DNA of 64,000 nucleotides, from assembly GCA_965242695.1 (NCBI GenBank), contig CBDESU010000001.1:64001-128000 (forward strand), written 5' to 3'. This document shows, piece after piece, positions 51,889 through 61,657 of this stretch (positions are counted from its first letter, which is position 1; every line of letters begins with the position of its first letter). The translations under genes and the position numbers were made by a program. The notes beneath the pieces are model-generated. The model searched no databases. It worked only from the letters and a program-made list of their open reading frames with translations, and had not been told where the DNA came from. The stretch is from Cenarchaeum sp. Lineage in GTDB: Archaea > Thermoproteota > Nitrososphaeria > Nitrososphaerales > Nitrosopumilaceae.

Positions 51889-52392
51889 TTACGCTTGCGC
51901 GCCGGCACGACTGTCCTGCGGCATGTAAAACCCGGCTGCCCTGAGACGGTCAATGATTTCTTGGTGATCTGCATGGCTTAACAGCCCCCTGTCCTCGAAC
52001 TCCTTGAGCAAGCCCGTCATGCCCGTAAATCTGATGCCCCACTTCTTGGCGAGCTTCCGAGCGCGAAGGTCGTCAAGCACACATTTTGCATCCACGCCAA
52101 TGTTTTTCAGACGCTGCCCGGTGAGGATGGCCTCGGACTCGCCAAGTCCCATGCGCCTGTGTCGTCGCATGAAGCGCTTCAGATCTTCTGGCACAACAAC
52201 ATCGACGATCGCCATTGTCCCGTTTGCGGCATGTTCGTCAATAAGCCCCTGATTCCCAACCTCGATCTCCGTCACCACAGAGGCGGGTACCAAAATTTCA
52301 CCATAGGTGGATTTTAGCTGCCGGACAAGTTCAGGACGGTCGAGTCGTTCGAGGAATGCTATTACTACGGTGCTATCAATAATCAGCGCCAT
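51889..52392 (-). CDS. PIN-domain toxin (DUF3368-like), copy 1
   Basis: 'IIDSTVVIA...VPASVVTEI...GLGESEAI...LDDLRARK...FTGMTGLL...GFY'. Confidence 0.88.
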   Translation of the reverse strand: MALIIDSTVVIAFLERLDRPELVRQLKSTYGEILVPASVVTEIEVGNQGLIDEHAANGTMAIVDVVVPEDLKRFMRRHRRMGLGESEAILTGQRLKNIGVDAKCVLDDLRARKLAKKWGIRFTGMTGLLKEFEDRGLLSHADHQEIIDRLRAAGFYMPQDSRAGAQA

Positions 52393-52436
52393 AAAAAACC
52401 ACTCGGAGATTGTGGCACGACCTCCGGCCGCTGTGC

Positions 52437-53036
52437 CTAGTAAAGGTTCACCATGCCGCGCCGTCCCATCATGTCGAGCACGTCGCGGTAGTTCACTTTC
52501 AGGATCTCGGCGGCGCGGCCCGACGATATTTTTTCTTCCTTGACCATACCAATAACTATCTCTTCGGCACGCGGTACTATGTCATTGTAGACCTTGGAGT
52601 TCACGGCCATGTCGGGGTACACCTGGTAGATGTACAGGAGCAGCTGCTCGTCGGTCATGTCGTTGAAGAACCTCTTGCACTCGCAGATTATGGCGGTCTC
52701 GGTCTCGTCAAGGTCCCTGCCGGCATCCCTCGCGGCGGCGCGTCCCTCGGAAGTCAGGGTGATCTTCCCCTGCACGTGCGACACCAGGCCGTCCCTCGAC
52801 AGGGCGTCCAGCCCGTCGGCCACCTGCTGGCTGTACGGGCCGTAGTCGTGCGGCCTAAAGGTGGACTCTACACCCTCGTCGTCTGCGTCCTTTGCCAGCA
52901 CGTACAGCATTTTCTGGAGCATCGTATGCCCGCGCACGCTCTCGTCTCCGGCGCCGGCAAGCAGCAGCATGTAGCGGCGGATCCTGCCGCCGCATGGTAG
53001 GGTCGAACGCAGTACGGTCATTGCCATCGGGAGCAT
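52437..53036 (-). CDS. Antitoxin-like protein: SocA/Panacea(YwgA)-like wHTH plus C-terminal UPF0175-like HTH, copy 1
   Basis: 'LQKMLY...FRPHDYGPYS...LLLYIYQVYP' plus 'EKISSGRAAEILKV..DVLDMMGRRG'. Confidence 0.75.
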   Translation of the reverse strand: MLPMAMTVLRSTLPCGGRIRRYMLLLAGAGDESVRGHTMLQKMLYVLAKDADDEGVESTFRPHDYGPYSQQVADGLDALSRDGLVSHVQGKITLTSEGRAAARDAGRDLDETETAIICECKRFFNDMTDEQLLLYIYQVYPDMAVNSKVYNDIVPRAEEIVIGMVKEEKISSGRAAEILKVNYRDVLDMMGRRGMVNLY

Positions 53037-53894
53037 CTCCGGCGGAAGCGTGGCCGGACTCTGTACCCTTCAAGGCCACCAGTCCATTCCATGCATGTGC
53101 GCGCCGCGCCGAGCATAAGTAAGTTGTCACTGCGTGGGGCACCGCACGGGCTACTTCGTGCCGTCCGCCTGCATGCCGCCGTCCTGTCGTGCCGTCCGGC
53201 CCGCCGTGCTCCGGGCCGGGGTTGGTAGGGTGCGGCCAACGTTGCCCGTACGACTCTTCCAGTTACGACCTTCGGGCTTGTCGGCCGCCGCCTGAGACGG
53301 GGCCGGACGCCGGGATCGCCGCAAGGCCCGCCCTGCGCGGTATGTCGTTGCGCCGCGATGCGTGGGTTGCGGCGTATGCGGGCAGGAACGCGGCCCCCCG
53401 TGCCGCGCAACGGCCCTACCGGCAGTTTGTTCACGGACCGCCGCAACGCCTTGTACACCTCCGGCCCACGTTGCACGCAGACGCCGCAAAAGGCGTCGCG
53501 GCACCAGCTCCTGCTATCCGAAGTCGCACCACTACGCCTTTGAGATGCGAACCAAATATGGCCGCCGGGTTTGTTTGGCCGACCACTGGACTCCGGCCCT
53601 AAATGTCTGATGTGCAAGGCAACTGCAAAATTTTTTAGCGTGACTACGACGTACCTATAATCACGAGCACAAGTTCTTGACCCTCTTTTTGATCCACCAA
53701 CGCCTAATTGATGCACATAAAAAGGCCAGAAGCTTATGCTCGGGACTATGCTCCCCTCGCCCCAGCTGCCCCCTTCAAGGGGCGTCACCGTGCGGACGAA
53801 ACTGCCTGCCCCTCTGCCTGCTCCGACTACTTTCAGGCTTAAAGCCACTCGGGCAGCGATCGTCAACGCCGTTCTTATGCGCGCACACGCCGCT

Positions 53895-54371
53895 CTACGG
53901 GATGCGAAAGTCGGATGCCTTGAGCTTGCTGATGATTTCACCGTGTTCTGCGTTGCTCAAGTAACCTCTGAGTTTGAACTCCTCAAGCAGGCCCAACACG
54001 CCTGTAAATTTAACGGATAGGTTCTTGGCCTCGCTGCGCGCACGACCATCATCAAAGGCGCATTTTGCATCAACGCCCTTCTCATTTAGGCGTTGCCACG
54101 TAAGAATGACATCCGATTCGCCGGGGCCCATCTCTTTGTATTTCACCATAAATTCGTTAATATCTTCTACCGTGACAATGTTCGTGATTGTTATTGTCCC
54201 GCTTGAAATATATTTATCAACAAGCTCTGGATTTTTTACACTAAGTTCCTTCACCACAGAGGCGGGCACTATAACCTTGCCATACATAGAATCTAGATAA
54301 CGAATAAACTCAGGACGATGCAATCGTTCAAGCAACGCTATTATCACAGAAGTGTCGGCAATCAATACCAT
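53895..54371 (-). CDS. PIN-domain toxin (DUF3368-like), copy 2
   Basis: 'IADTSVIIA...VPASVVKEL...GPGESDVI...FDDGRAR...FTGVLGLL'. Visibly AT-rich. Confidence 0.88.
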   Translation of the reverse strand: MVLIADTSVIIALLERLHRPEFIRYLDSMYGKVIVPASVVKELSVKNPELVDKYISSGTITITNIVTVEDINEFMVKYKEMGPGESDVILTWQRLNEKGVDAKCAFDDGRARSEAKNLSVKFTGVLGLLEEFKLRGYLSNAEHGEIISKLKASDFRIP

Positions 54372-54416
54372 AAAAAATCACTCGCAGATTATGATGCGGC
54401 TCTCCACTAGTCGCGC

Positions 54417-55043
54417 CTAGTACAAGCTCATGCCGTGCCGCCCCATAATGTCGAGCACGTCGTGGTAGCTCACTTTAAGGATCTTGGCGGCACGGCCTGT
54501 TGATATTTTTTCTTCCTTGAGCATGCTCATGACTATATCTTCGGCGCGCGGCACTATGTCATTGTAGACCTTGGAGTTCACGGCCATATCGGGGTACACT
54601 TGGTAGATGTACAGGAGCAACTGCTCGTTGGTCATGCCGTTGAAGAACCGCTTGCACCCCCAGACTATGGCAGTCTCGGTCTCGTCAAGGCCCATGCCTG
54701 CATCCCTCGCGGCGACGCGTCCCGCGGAAGTCAGGGTGATCTTGCCCTGCACGTGCGACACCAGGCCATCCCTCGACAGGGCGTCTAGTCCGTCGGCCAC
54801 CTGCTGGCTGTACGGGCCGTAGTCGTGCGGCCTGAATGTCGACTCGACGCCCTCGTCGTCCACGTCCTTTGCCAGCACGTACAGCATTTTCTGGAGCATC
54901 GTATGCCCGCGCACGCTCTCGTCTCCCGCGCCGGCAAGCAGCAGCGTATAGCGGCGGATCCTGCCGTCGCACGGCAGGGTCGAACGCAGCCAGGTCATTG
55001 CCATCGGCCGCATCTCCCGTGGAGGCGTGGCCAGACCCTGCAC
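54417..55043 (-). CDS. Antitoxin-like SocA/Panacea-UPF0175 fusion, copy 2
   Basis: Highly similar to copy 1; true start probably ~55004-55013. Confidence 0.75.
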   Translation of the reverse strand: MQGLATPPREMRPMAMTWLRSTLPCDGRIRRYTLLLAGAGDESVRGHTMLQKMLYVLAKDVDDEGVESTFRPHDYGPYSQQVADGLDALSRDGLVSHVQGKITLTSAGRVAARDAGMGLDETETAIVWGCKRFFNGMTNEQLLLYIYQVYPDMAVNSKVYNDIVPRAEDIVMSMLKEEKISTGRAAKILKVSYHDVLDIMGRHGMSLY

Positions 55044-55658
55044 CCTCCAAGGCCGCTTGTCCCTTCCATGCGAGTGCGCGCCGTGCCGTGCATAAGTAAG
55101 TTGTTACTGCGTGGGGTGCCGCACGGGCTGCCCCGTGCCGGCGCTTGCATGCCTCCGTCCTGCCGTGCCGTCCGGCCCGCCGTCCTCCGGGCCGGAGTCG
55201 GGAGGATGTGGCCAACGTTGCCCGTACGACACCTCCAGTTACGACCTTCGGGCTCGCCGGCCGCCGCCTGGGATGGGGCCGTACGCCGGGATCGCCGCAA
55301 GGCCCGCCCTGCGCGGTATGTCGTTGCGCCGCGATGCGTGGGCTGCGGCGTATGCGGGCAGGAATGAGACCCTCCCGCGCCGCGCACCGGCCTGCCGGCA
55401 GCTCGCTCGCAGGCGCGCCGTGCCGCCTCGTATGCTGCCCGCCGTGGCGCGCTCAAGATTTGTGCGGTGCGACCGCCCGCCGCCGGGGCGTCGATCTGGC
55501 GGTTGTGCTCCGCCGCCGGCTCGGTCGCCGATGCTCCACATGTTGCCAGGCCGCGGCGGCTTGGGCGCACGCGGGATGAACCTTATCTGACAATGCATGC
55601 GCGCCCCGCCTAGTGGCGCACGGAGACTCTATAACTTGGTGGGGCACACCGCGGCACG

Positions 55659-55820
55659 ATGGAAGACACGACAGTCAAGGACTTGGAGTTTTTGGACGCC
55701 CTGAGGGCAGAGCGGGCCGATCCATACCGCGGGGAGTGGGTTGTGATCTACGACGGCAAGATCGTAGCACACGGAAAGGATCCGGAGCGAGTGCCGGGGC
55801 GGCACACGAAGCCGCCGTGA
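55659..55820 (+). CDS. Small DUF5678-like protein (not in ORF track, possibly truncated)
   Basis: Manual translation MEDTTVKDLEFLDALRAERADPYRGEWVVIYDGKIVAHGKDPERVPGRHTKPP*; CTATAAC box at ~55629. Confidence 0.65.
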   Translation: MEDTTVKDLEFLDALRAERADPYRGEWVVIYDGKIVAHGKDPERVPGRHTKPP

Positions 55821-55845
55821 GATTGCCCCTGATGGAGTACTTTTT

Positions 55846-55980
55846 TTAGCGATTCGTTAAAGGTGTCGTTTGAGTACATGCTGCTACCACGACCTGCCCT
55901 GCTGTGCCCGTAGACGGGCCTGGATGTCTAGACTGTTCGCGCAACGCTATTATTCCTGTAGCATCGGCAATCCGTTCCAT
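55846..55980 (-). pseudogene. Degenerate 5' remnant of PIN toxin, copy 3
   Basis: 'MERIADATGIIALREQSRHPG' aligns with 'MVLIADTSVIIALLERLHRPE' and lies downstream of antitoxin 3. Confidence 0.55.
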
Positions 55981-56071
55981 AGGGGCCGATGCGGGCGCCG
56001 CATTCGTGTCTGTGGATGCGAGATGGCGTGTAGGGCCCTCGGGCCAACTGCCGCCGCCCGTGCCGGCCTGC

Positions 56072-56671
56072 CTAGTGCAGGTACGCAATGCCGCGCCCCT
56101 TCATCATGTCGAGGATGTCGTGAAACGGCATCTTTAGGATCTCGGCGGCGTGGCCCGACGATATTTTCTCTTCTTCGACCATCCCCATGACTATGTCCGC
56201 CGCCCGGTGTAGCAGGTCTGCATGGGCCGCAGTAGTCGCAACCATGTCGGGGTACACCAGGCACGTATACAGGAGCAGCTGCTCGTCCGTCATGCCGTTG
56301 AAGAACCGCTTGCACTCGCAGAGCAACTCCCTCCTGTCGTAGTCAAGGCCCCTGTCCGCATCATCTGCCGCAGCATGCCCTGCGGCCGTCAGGGCGATCC
56401 TGCCCGGGGCTTCCACCACTAGGCCGTCCCTGGACATGCTGTCGAGCTCGTCGGCCACCTGCTGGCTGTACGGGCCGCGGCCGCGCGGTCCAAAGCCGGA
56501 TTCCACTTCCCTGTCGCCAGTGTCCTTCGCCAGCACGTACAGCATTTTCTGGATGGCTGCGCGGCCGTGCACGGCCTCCCCGCCAGCATCGGCGAGCAGC
56601 AGCATGTAGCGGCGGATCTTGCCTCTGCATGACGGGGCGGCCTGCGCCGGAACCGATGCCATCAGCGGCAT
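56072..56671 (-). CDS. Antitoxin-like SocA/Panacea-UPF0175 fusion, copy 3 (more diverged)
   Basis: 'IQKMLY...FGPRGRGPYSQQVADEL...EKISSGHAAEILKM'. Confidence 0.7.
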   Translation of the reverse strand: MPLMASVPAQAAPSCRGKIRRYMLLLADAGGEAVHGRAAIQKMLYVLAKDTGDREVESGFGPRGRGPYSQQVADELDSMSRDGLVVEAPGRIALTAAGHAAADDADRGLDYDRRELLCECKRFFNGMTDEQLLLYTCLVYPDMVATTAAHADLLHRAADIVMGMVEEEKISSGHAAEILKMPFHDILDMMKGRGIAYLH

Positions 56672-57373
56672 CCTCCGTGCGGGCGGCGCCCCCATTTGCA
56701 CCAGGCCAAACCGCCTACTCCGTCCACGCATGGCCGCACCGGGACGCGCATTAAATTGGATGTCACTGCGCGGGTGCGACCCGCCGGCACGGCATCGAGA
56801 CACCCTGCGCCGCAGGAATCCCGTCCGACGCTGCTAAAGGCCCGTGTGGGCCCGTCCGCACTGGCTCATCGATTCTGACCTCTGCGATCCCGCATGTGGT
56901 TGCAACGCCTGCAGTCTTGACACCTTGCCGCATCCGGGGCCAGAGCGCCCGATGCCTGCCATCCAATCCCGCCTACAGCCGTGGGCGCCTCAGCCTACTC
57001 CGAGTCGCCCCGTCGCGGTCCCCTCCAGGGCGCCGTCCCTGGGAGTCGGACCCGGCACCCGCGCCCCCCTTGGGAGCCGCCCGCACTCCGTGCCCGCACT
57101 GCGAGGCCGACGCGCCGGCCATACCCGCGCCCCCCTTGGGAGCCGCCCGCACCCAGCGACCTGCCGCCCCTTTGCTCCCTGCACTCCTTGGTCGCAGTCC
57201 GTACCGCCCTCCCGTAGTCTCCCTAGGCCTGCGCCAGCCACACAGCCTCCAACTGCCGCCTGCCGCTCCCTCCGCCCCTGCCCGCCCAGGCCACCCCTGC
57301 GCCGACGCCACGTCTGCCCCCTCCAGCCCCCCTCCAGCCCCCCTCCATCTGCCCCTTGCCCCCCAGCCCTGCT

Positions 57374-57432
57374 CTAGGCGCCCCTAGGCGCCCCTAGGCG
57401 CCCCTAGGCGCCGCCGGCCCCATCCCTAGGCG
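57374..57432. repeat. Four tandem CTAGGCGCC(C) units plus a fifth CCTAGGCG upstream of the amoA promoter
   Basis: Same 10-bp unit as before amoX; TTATATA box at ~57460. Confidence 0.95.
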
Positions 57433-57489
57433 TCAAACCGCCCCCGCGCGCCCAAATTCTTATATACAAACGACCGGCGTGCGGCCCCA

Positions 57490-58140
57490 ATGGTCTGGCT
57501 AAGACGCTGCACGCACTACCTCTTCATTGTGGTAGTTGCCGTAAACTCGACCCTGCTTACGATCAATGCCGGAGACTACATCTTCTACACCGACTGGGCT
57601 TGGACGTCCTACACCGTGTTCTCCATCTCGCAGACCCTCATGCTCGTCGTCGGCGCGACGTACTACCTGACGTTCACCGGAGTACCGGGGACGGCGACGT
57701 ACTATGCGCTCATCATGACGGTGTACACGTGGGTTGCAAAGGGGGCCTGGTTCGCCCTCGGCTATCCGTACGACTTCATCGTCACGCCGGTATGGCTGCC
57801 GTCCGCAATGCTGTTGGACCTGGCGTACTGGGCGACAAAGCGCAACAAGCACTCGCTGATACTGTTCGGCGGAGTGCTGGTTGGCATGTCACTGCCGCTG
57901 TTCAACATGGTCAACCTCATAACGGTCGCCGACCCGCTGGAGACGGCGTTCAAGTACCCGAGGCCTACGCTTCCGCCGTACATGACGCCTATAGAGCCGC
58001 AGGTGGGCAAGTTCTACAACAGCCCGGTTGCGCTGGGCGCAGGAGCCGGTGCCGTACTGTCGGTTACCATGGCTGCGCTCGGCGTAAAGCTGAATACGTG
58101 GACCTATAGGTGGATGGCCGCCTGGTCAAAGTGGGACTAG
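57490..58140 (+). CDS. amoA: Ammonia monooxygenase subunit A
   Basis: 216 aa. 'MVWLRRCTHYLFIVVVAVNSTLLTINAGDYIFYTDWAWTS...NTWTYRWMAAWSKWD'. Confidence 0.99.
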   Translation: MVWLRRCTHYLFIVVVAVNSTLLTINAGDYIFYTDWAWTSYTVFSISQTLMLVVGATYYLTFTGVPGTATYYALIMTVYTWVAKGAWFALGYPYDFIVTPVWLPSAMLLDLAYWATKRNKHSLILFGGVLVGMSLPLFNMVNLITVADPLETAFKYPRPTLPPYMTPIEPQVGKFYNSPVALGAGAGAVLSVTMAALGVKLNTWTYRWMAAWSKWD

Positions 58141-58384
58141 CCTTACCCCTCTTTTCATTTACTCGCGCCGCGCCAGCGGCGCCGCGCCCGCCCGCGCCGG
58201 ACGCCGGGCCGGGGCGGCGCGGCAGCGGACGGCCGCCCCTCAGCGGCGCGCGCCGGGCGGCCTGGCCTGCGCGGCACATCCTGCAGAATATCGGCCGCCC
58301 GCGGCTCGGCATGCGCCGATCGAAGGCGAGATGCTGCGCAGGGCCCGCCGCGCCTTGATATATCGGGCCGCCCGCCCGCGCCCG

Positions 58385-59248
58385 ATGCAGCGCGCTGCCG
58401 CAGCCGCCCAGGCCCCTGCCAAGCCGCGCCCGTTTGTAAAGTGGGCCGGCGGCAAGCGCCTCCTGCTGCCGGACATTGCCGCCGCCTTTCCGGACGGGTT
58501 CGGCCGCTACTACGAGCCGTTCCTCGGCGGAGGCGCCGTCATGTTCCACGTGCTCACCGGGCGCCGCGGCGTGGAGTGCTCGGCATCCGACTCGAACCCA
58601 GACCTTGTCGCCACGTACGAGGCGGTCCGCGACGGGGTAGAGCGGCTCATACTGCTCCTCGAGGCGCACGCAGCCGGGTACGCCGCCGGCCCAAAGGACT
58701 ACTACTACTCGGTCAGGGCCGGCGAGCCGACGGACCGGGACGAGCGCGCCGCCCGCATGATATTCCTCAACCGCACGTGCTTCAACGGCCTGTACCGCGT
58801 CAACAGCAGCGGCAAGTTCAACGTGCCGTTCGGGGGCCGCCTCCGCCCGAACATCGTGAACGCGGCCGTCCTGCGCGCCGCGAGCGCCCTGCTGTCCTCG
58901 GCGCGCCCCTCGATCGCGTGCGCCGACTTTGAGGATGCGGTCGCGGGGGCCTCGGAGGGCGACCTGGTCTACATGGATCCCCCCTACCAGCCGGTCAGCG
59001 CCACCAGCTTTACGCACTACACGCGGGACGACTTTGGGGGCGGCGACCTGGAGCGGCTTGCAGCCGCATGCCGCGAGCTCGACGGCAGGGGCTGCCGCGT
59101 CCTGCTGTCCAACTCGGACTCGCCCGAGGTGCGGCGGCTGTTCGCCGGCGGGCCCTGGCGCTGCAGGCGCCTCGAGGTGAACCGAATGATCAACTCGGAC
59201 GGGGCCAATCGGCGCGGCCACCACGAGCTCCTCATCAGGAATTACTAG
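58385..59248 (+). CDS. dam: Dam-family (D12 class) DNA adenine methyltransferase
   Basis: KWAGGK, YYEPFLGGGAV, FNGLYRVN..G.FNVPFG, DPPY, LSNS, ELLIRNY. Confidence 0.92.
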   Translation: MQRAAAAAQAPAKPRPFVKWAGGKRLLLPDIAAAFPDGFGRYYEPFLGGGAVMFHVLTGRRGVECSASDSNPDLVATYEAVRDGVERLILLLEAHAAGYAAGPKDYYYSVRAGEPTDRDERAARMIFLNRTCFNGLYRVNSSGKFNVPFGGRLRPNIVNAAVLRAASALLSSARPSIACADFEDAVAGASEGDLVYMDPPYQPVSATSFTHYTRDDFGGGDLERLAAACRELDGRGCRVLLSNSDSPEVRRLFAGGPWRCRRLEVNRMINSDGANRRGHHELLIRNY

Positions 59249-59320
59249 CTTCGAGCGGGATCTGAACCCGCGACCTTTACCTTACCAAGGTAACGCTCTA
59301 CCGGGCTGAGCTATCGAAGC
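59247..59320 (-). tRNA. tRNA-Thr(GGT)
   Basis: Reverse complement GCTTCGATAGCTCAGCCCGGTAGAGCGTTACCTTGGTAAGGTAAAGGTCGCGGGTTCAGATCCCGCTCGAAGCT folds as a cloverleaf with anticodon GGT. TTATAT box upstream. Confidence 0.95.
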
Positions 59321-59679
59321 GCGCGCGTGCGCCGTGCAAAATCCATATAACTCTTGGCCGCTTGATTTCGCGGCGGGGCCCCGCGGCGCGGCCGTTGCCG
59401 GAGGGGCGCGCGTGCACCTGCCTCGGCCGCCGGCAGGGGCGGGCCCGATCGGGGGACGCCGGCGCGGGGAGGGGAGGGAGAGGGCATATGCGCGCCTGCG
59501 CCTCCCTTGACCGCCGACAGGGGCGGGCCCTGTAGGCGAGACGCCTGCGCGGGGAGGAGGGGGCACGGCGCACACCTGCGCCTCCATCAGCCACTTTGCA
59601 CTTCCCACGGACGGGGGCAGAGGGCAGCGCAGGCGCCGCGCGAGAAGTGCGGCACTGGACGCGCACACCTGCGCCCCCT

Positions 59680-61158
59680 TCAGCACATCGACAGGTACAG
59701 CCACAGCGGGATGCAGACTATGGGATCGTCGACAAGGCGCGTATGGTCCTGCGTGAGCGCCAGCGCGACCCCTGCGCCGAACTTGTCGACAAAGCGCGAC
59801 AGGCCCCTGAGGTCGGACGACTCCACCTGCCGGCGGTACTTGACCGCTATCGGGACGGGCTTGTGCCGCAGGTCGATTACGAGGTCGACCTCGTCGCCCT
59901 TGCCGCTCCTCCAGTAGTACGGCATCTCGGGCAGGGCCGACGGGTCAAGCGTCGCCCACAGCCGCCTCGTATGGTCGCCGGCGATCGACTCGGCCAAGAG
60001 ACCCGTCTCGGCCGAGTCTGAGAGCGAGTCGATGTGGGTGCGGGAAGCGGCCGCGTTTCGCATGCCCGTGTCGACAATGTACGCCTTTTTCTCGGCCCGG
60101 CTGCGGACAGGGGCGTACGGATCAGAGTACGAGACAAGGCATGCCGCCTTTAGGAAGCCCAAGTACGCATCGAGCGTGATCTTGTTGATCCCGAGGTTCT
60201 TGGCGATCCTCTCCTTGTTGATCATGCGCGGGGACCGCCTCGCCAGCACGGCGAAGAGCGGCTCGAGCACGCGCGGGCTTCGCACGCCGCCGACCTTTAC
60301 GACGTCCTGGTACATCGCGAGGCGCAGGTGGGTCTCGAGCTGCTCCCTTTTGCTGTCGTGGCCGCCAGCGGCGGCGATTCCGGGGCAGCCGCCGTACACC
60401 ATGTACTCGGAGAGATCCGCCAGTATGTCGCCCTTGGCCAGCGCAAGCTCCCGCAGCGACTCCTCCGCGCGTTCGTAGAATGCGCCTGCGTCGCCGTCCC
60501 TTACGGACGCGGCAAGGGTACTGCGCATGCCCTCGCCGACCTTGGCCAGCGCGGGGGCGTACGGGCGGCCCTTGAACGAGGCGTACTCGGAAAAGCTCAT
60601 CGGCGACATGGCCTGGTGGCGCATCCTCCCGATCAGCTGCCTCGTGGTGCCGGCCATGTTCGCGCTCGACGATCCTGCCACTACGATCGTCGTCGGGCCG
60701 CGCCGGTCGACGACGTTCTTGAGCGCGGTCTGCCAGCTGCCTGCTGCCTGGATCTCGTCGAGTACTATGTACGTCCTCTGCGAGGGCGGACGCATCGGCT
60801 GCTCGAGTAGGACCCTTTGGCTGTACAGCGACAAGAGGCGGCGCAGGATGCCAGCGACCGGGAACAGCGCCTCGTCGTCGAACGAGGCAAACATGACGCG
60901 CCTTGGATCACCGCGGGACGCGAGCTCGTCGACCAGCTGGTACAGCACGGTGGTCTTGCCGACCCGCCTGGCTCCGACAAGGGCATGCACGTGATGCTCG
61001 TAGTCCTTGTCGTCTAGGCGCCGCAGCATCTCGGCATAGTCTGCCCTCTTGAACTCGCGCCGCACCTTGCTGGGCACGCCGCCTCCGGTCCACCATGGGT
61101 TTTGCGCCCGCAGCGCGTCAAAGAGCTCGTCATCGCTCGGGTACTCTGCCTCGATCAT
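59680..61158 (-). CDS. AAA+ ATPase (AAA_14 + DUF4143, C-terminal nuclease-like fold)
   Basis: QNPWW, GARRVGKT, LDEIQ, GSSS, YGGCPG, KAYIVDTGMRN, YYWR...EVDLV...IAVK. Confidence 0.88.
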   Translation of the reverse strand: MIEAEYPSDDELFDALRAQNPWWTGGGVPSKVRREFKRADYAEMLRRLDDKDYEHHVHALVGARRVGKTTVLYQLVDELASRGDPRRVMFASFDDEALFPVAGILRRLLSLYSQRVLLEQPMRPPSQRTYIVLDEIQAAGSWQTALKNVVDRRGPTTIVVAGSSSANMAGTTRQLIGRMRHQAMSPMSFSEYASFKGRPYAPALAKVGEGMRSTLAASVRDGDAGAFYERAEESLRELALAKGDILADLSEYMVYGGCPGIAAAGGHDSKREQLETHLRLAMYQDVVKVGGVRSPRVLEPLFAVLARRSPRMINKERIAKNLGINKITLDAYLGFLKAACLVSYSDPYAPVRSRAEKKAYIVDTGMRNAAASRTHIDSLSDSAETGLLAESIAGDHTRRLWATLDPSALPEMPYYWRSGKGDEVDLVIDLRHKPVPIAVKYRRQVESSDLRGLSRFVDKFGAGVALALTQDHTRLVDDPIVCIPLWLYLSMC

Positions 61159-61657
61159 GCAGTCGGGTCGAACAGACCGCCTATATGTGTTGATATCGTA
61201 ATGACGGGTGACGGCATGGATGGAGGATATCATAACAGGCTCAAGGGTTGACCATGTGGCATATCGTATTGTCGACAACTGTCCAGCGACCGCATCCGTT
61301 GCAGGCCGTGTCGTCTGAACCTAGCGCACGGGAGGGCGCAGCCCTGCCATCCCAAACGCGTGGGGCGGCCTGAGTGGACAGGCCGGCAGGCTGCGCCGGC
61401 TTTGGGCACCTGCGGACGAGCGTCGCATGGCGCGAGGGCCGCACCCGCATGCCAGGGGTTCGGAGCGAGACTGCGGCCGGCCTTGAAAGGGCGGGGGAGG
61501 GAACCGCACTTTGGGGTGCGTGCGGCGTGGGGGCCGACTGGGCGACTCGGCGTGCCGTGCACTGGGCGCCGGCCGCCTCTGCCGCGCAGGGATCGCACCC
61601 TGCCTGATTTGCGGGCCGCCGCCAACCGTTAAATCGCCCCCGCCCGCCCGCCGACGC

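Noticed and set aside
59400-59680. Short degenerate repeats (GCACACCTGCGCC; CAGGGGCGGGCCC)
   Set aside because: Two or three imperfect GC-rich copies with no regular spacer structure; probably local duplication.
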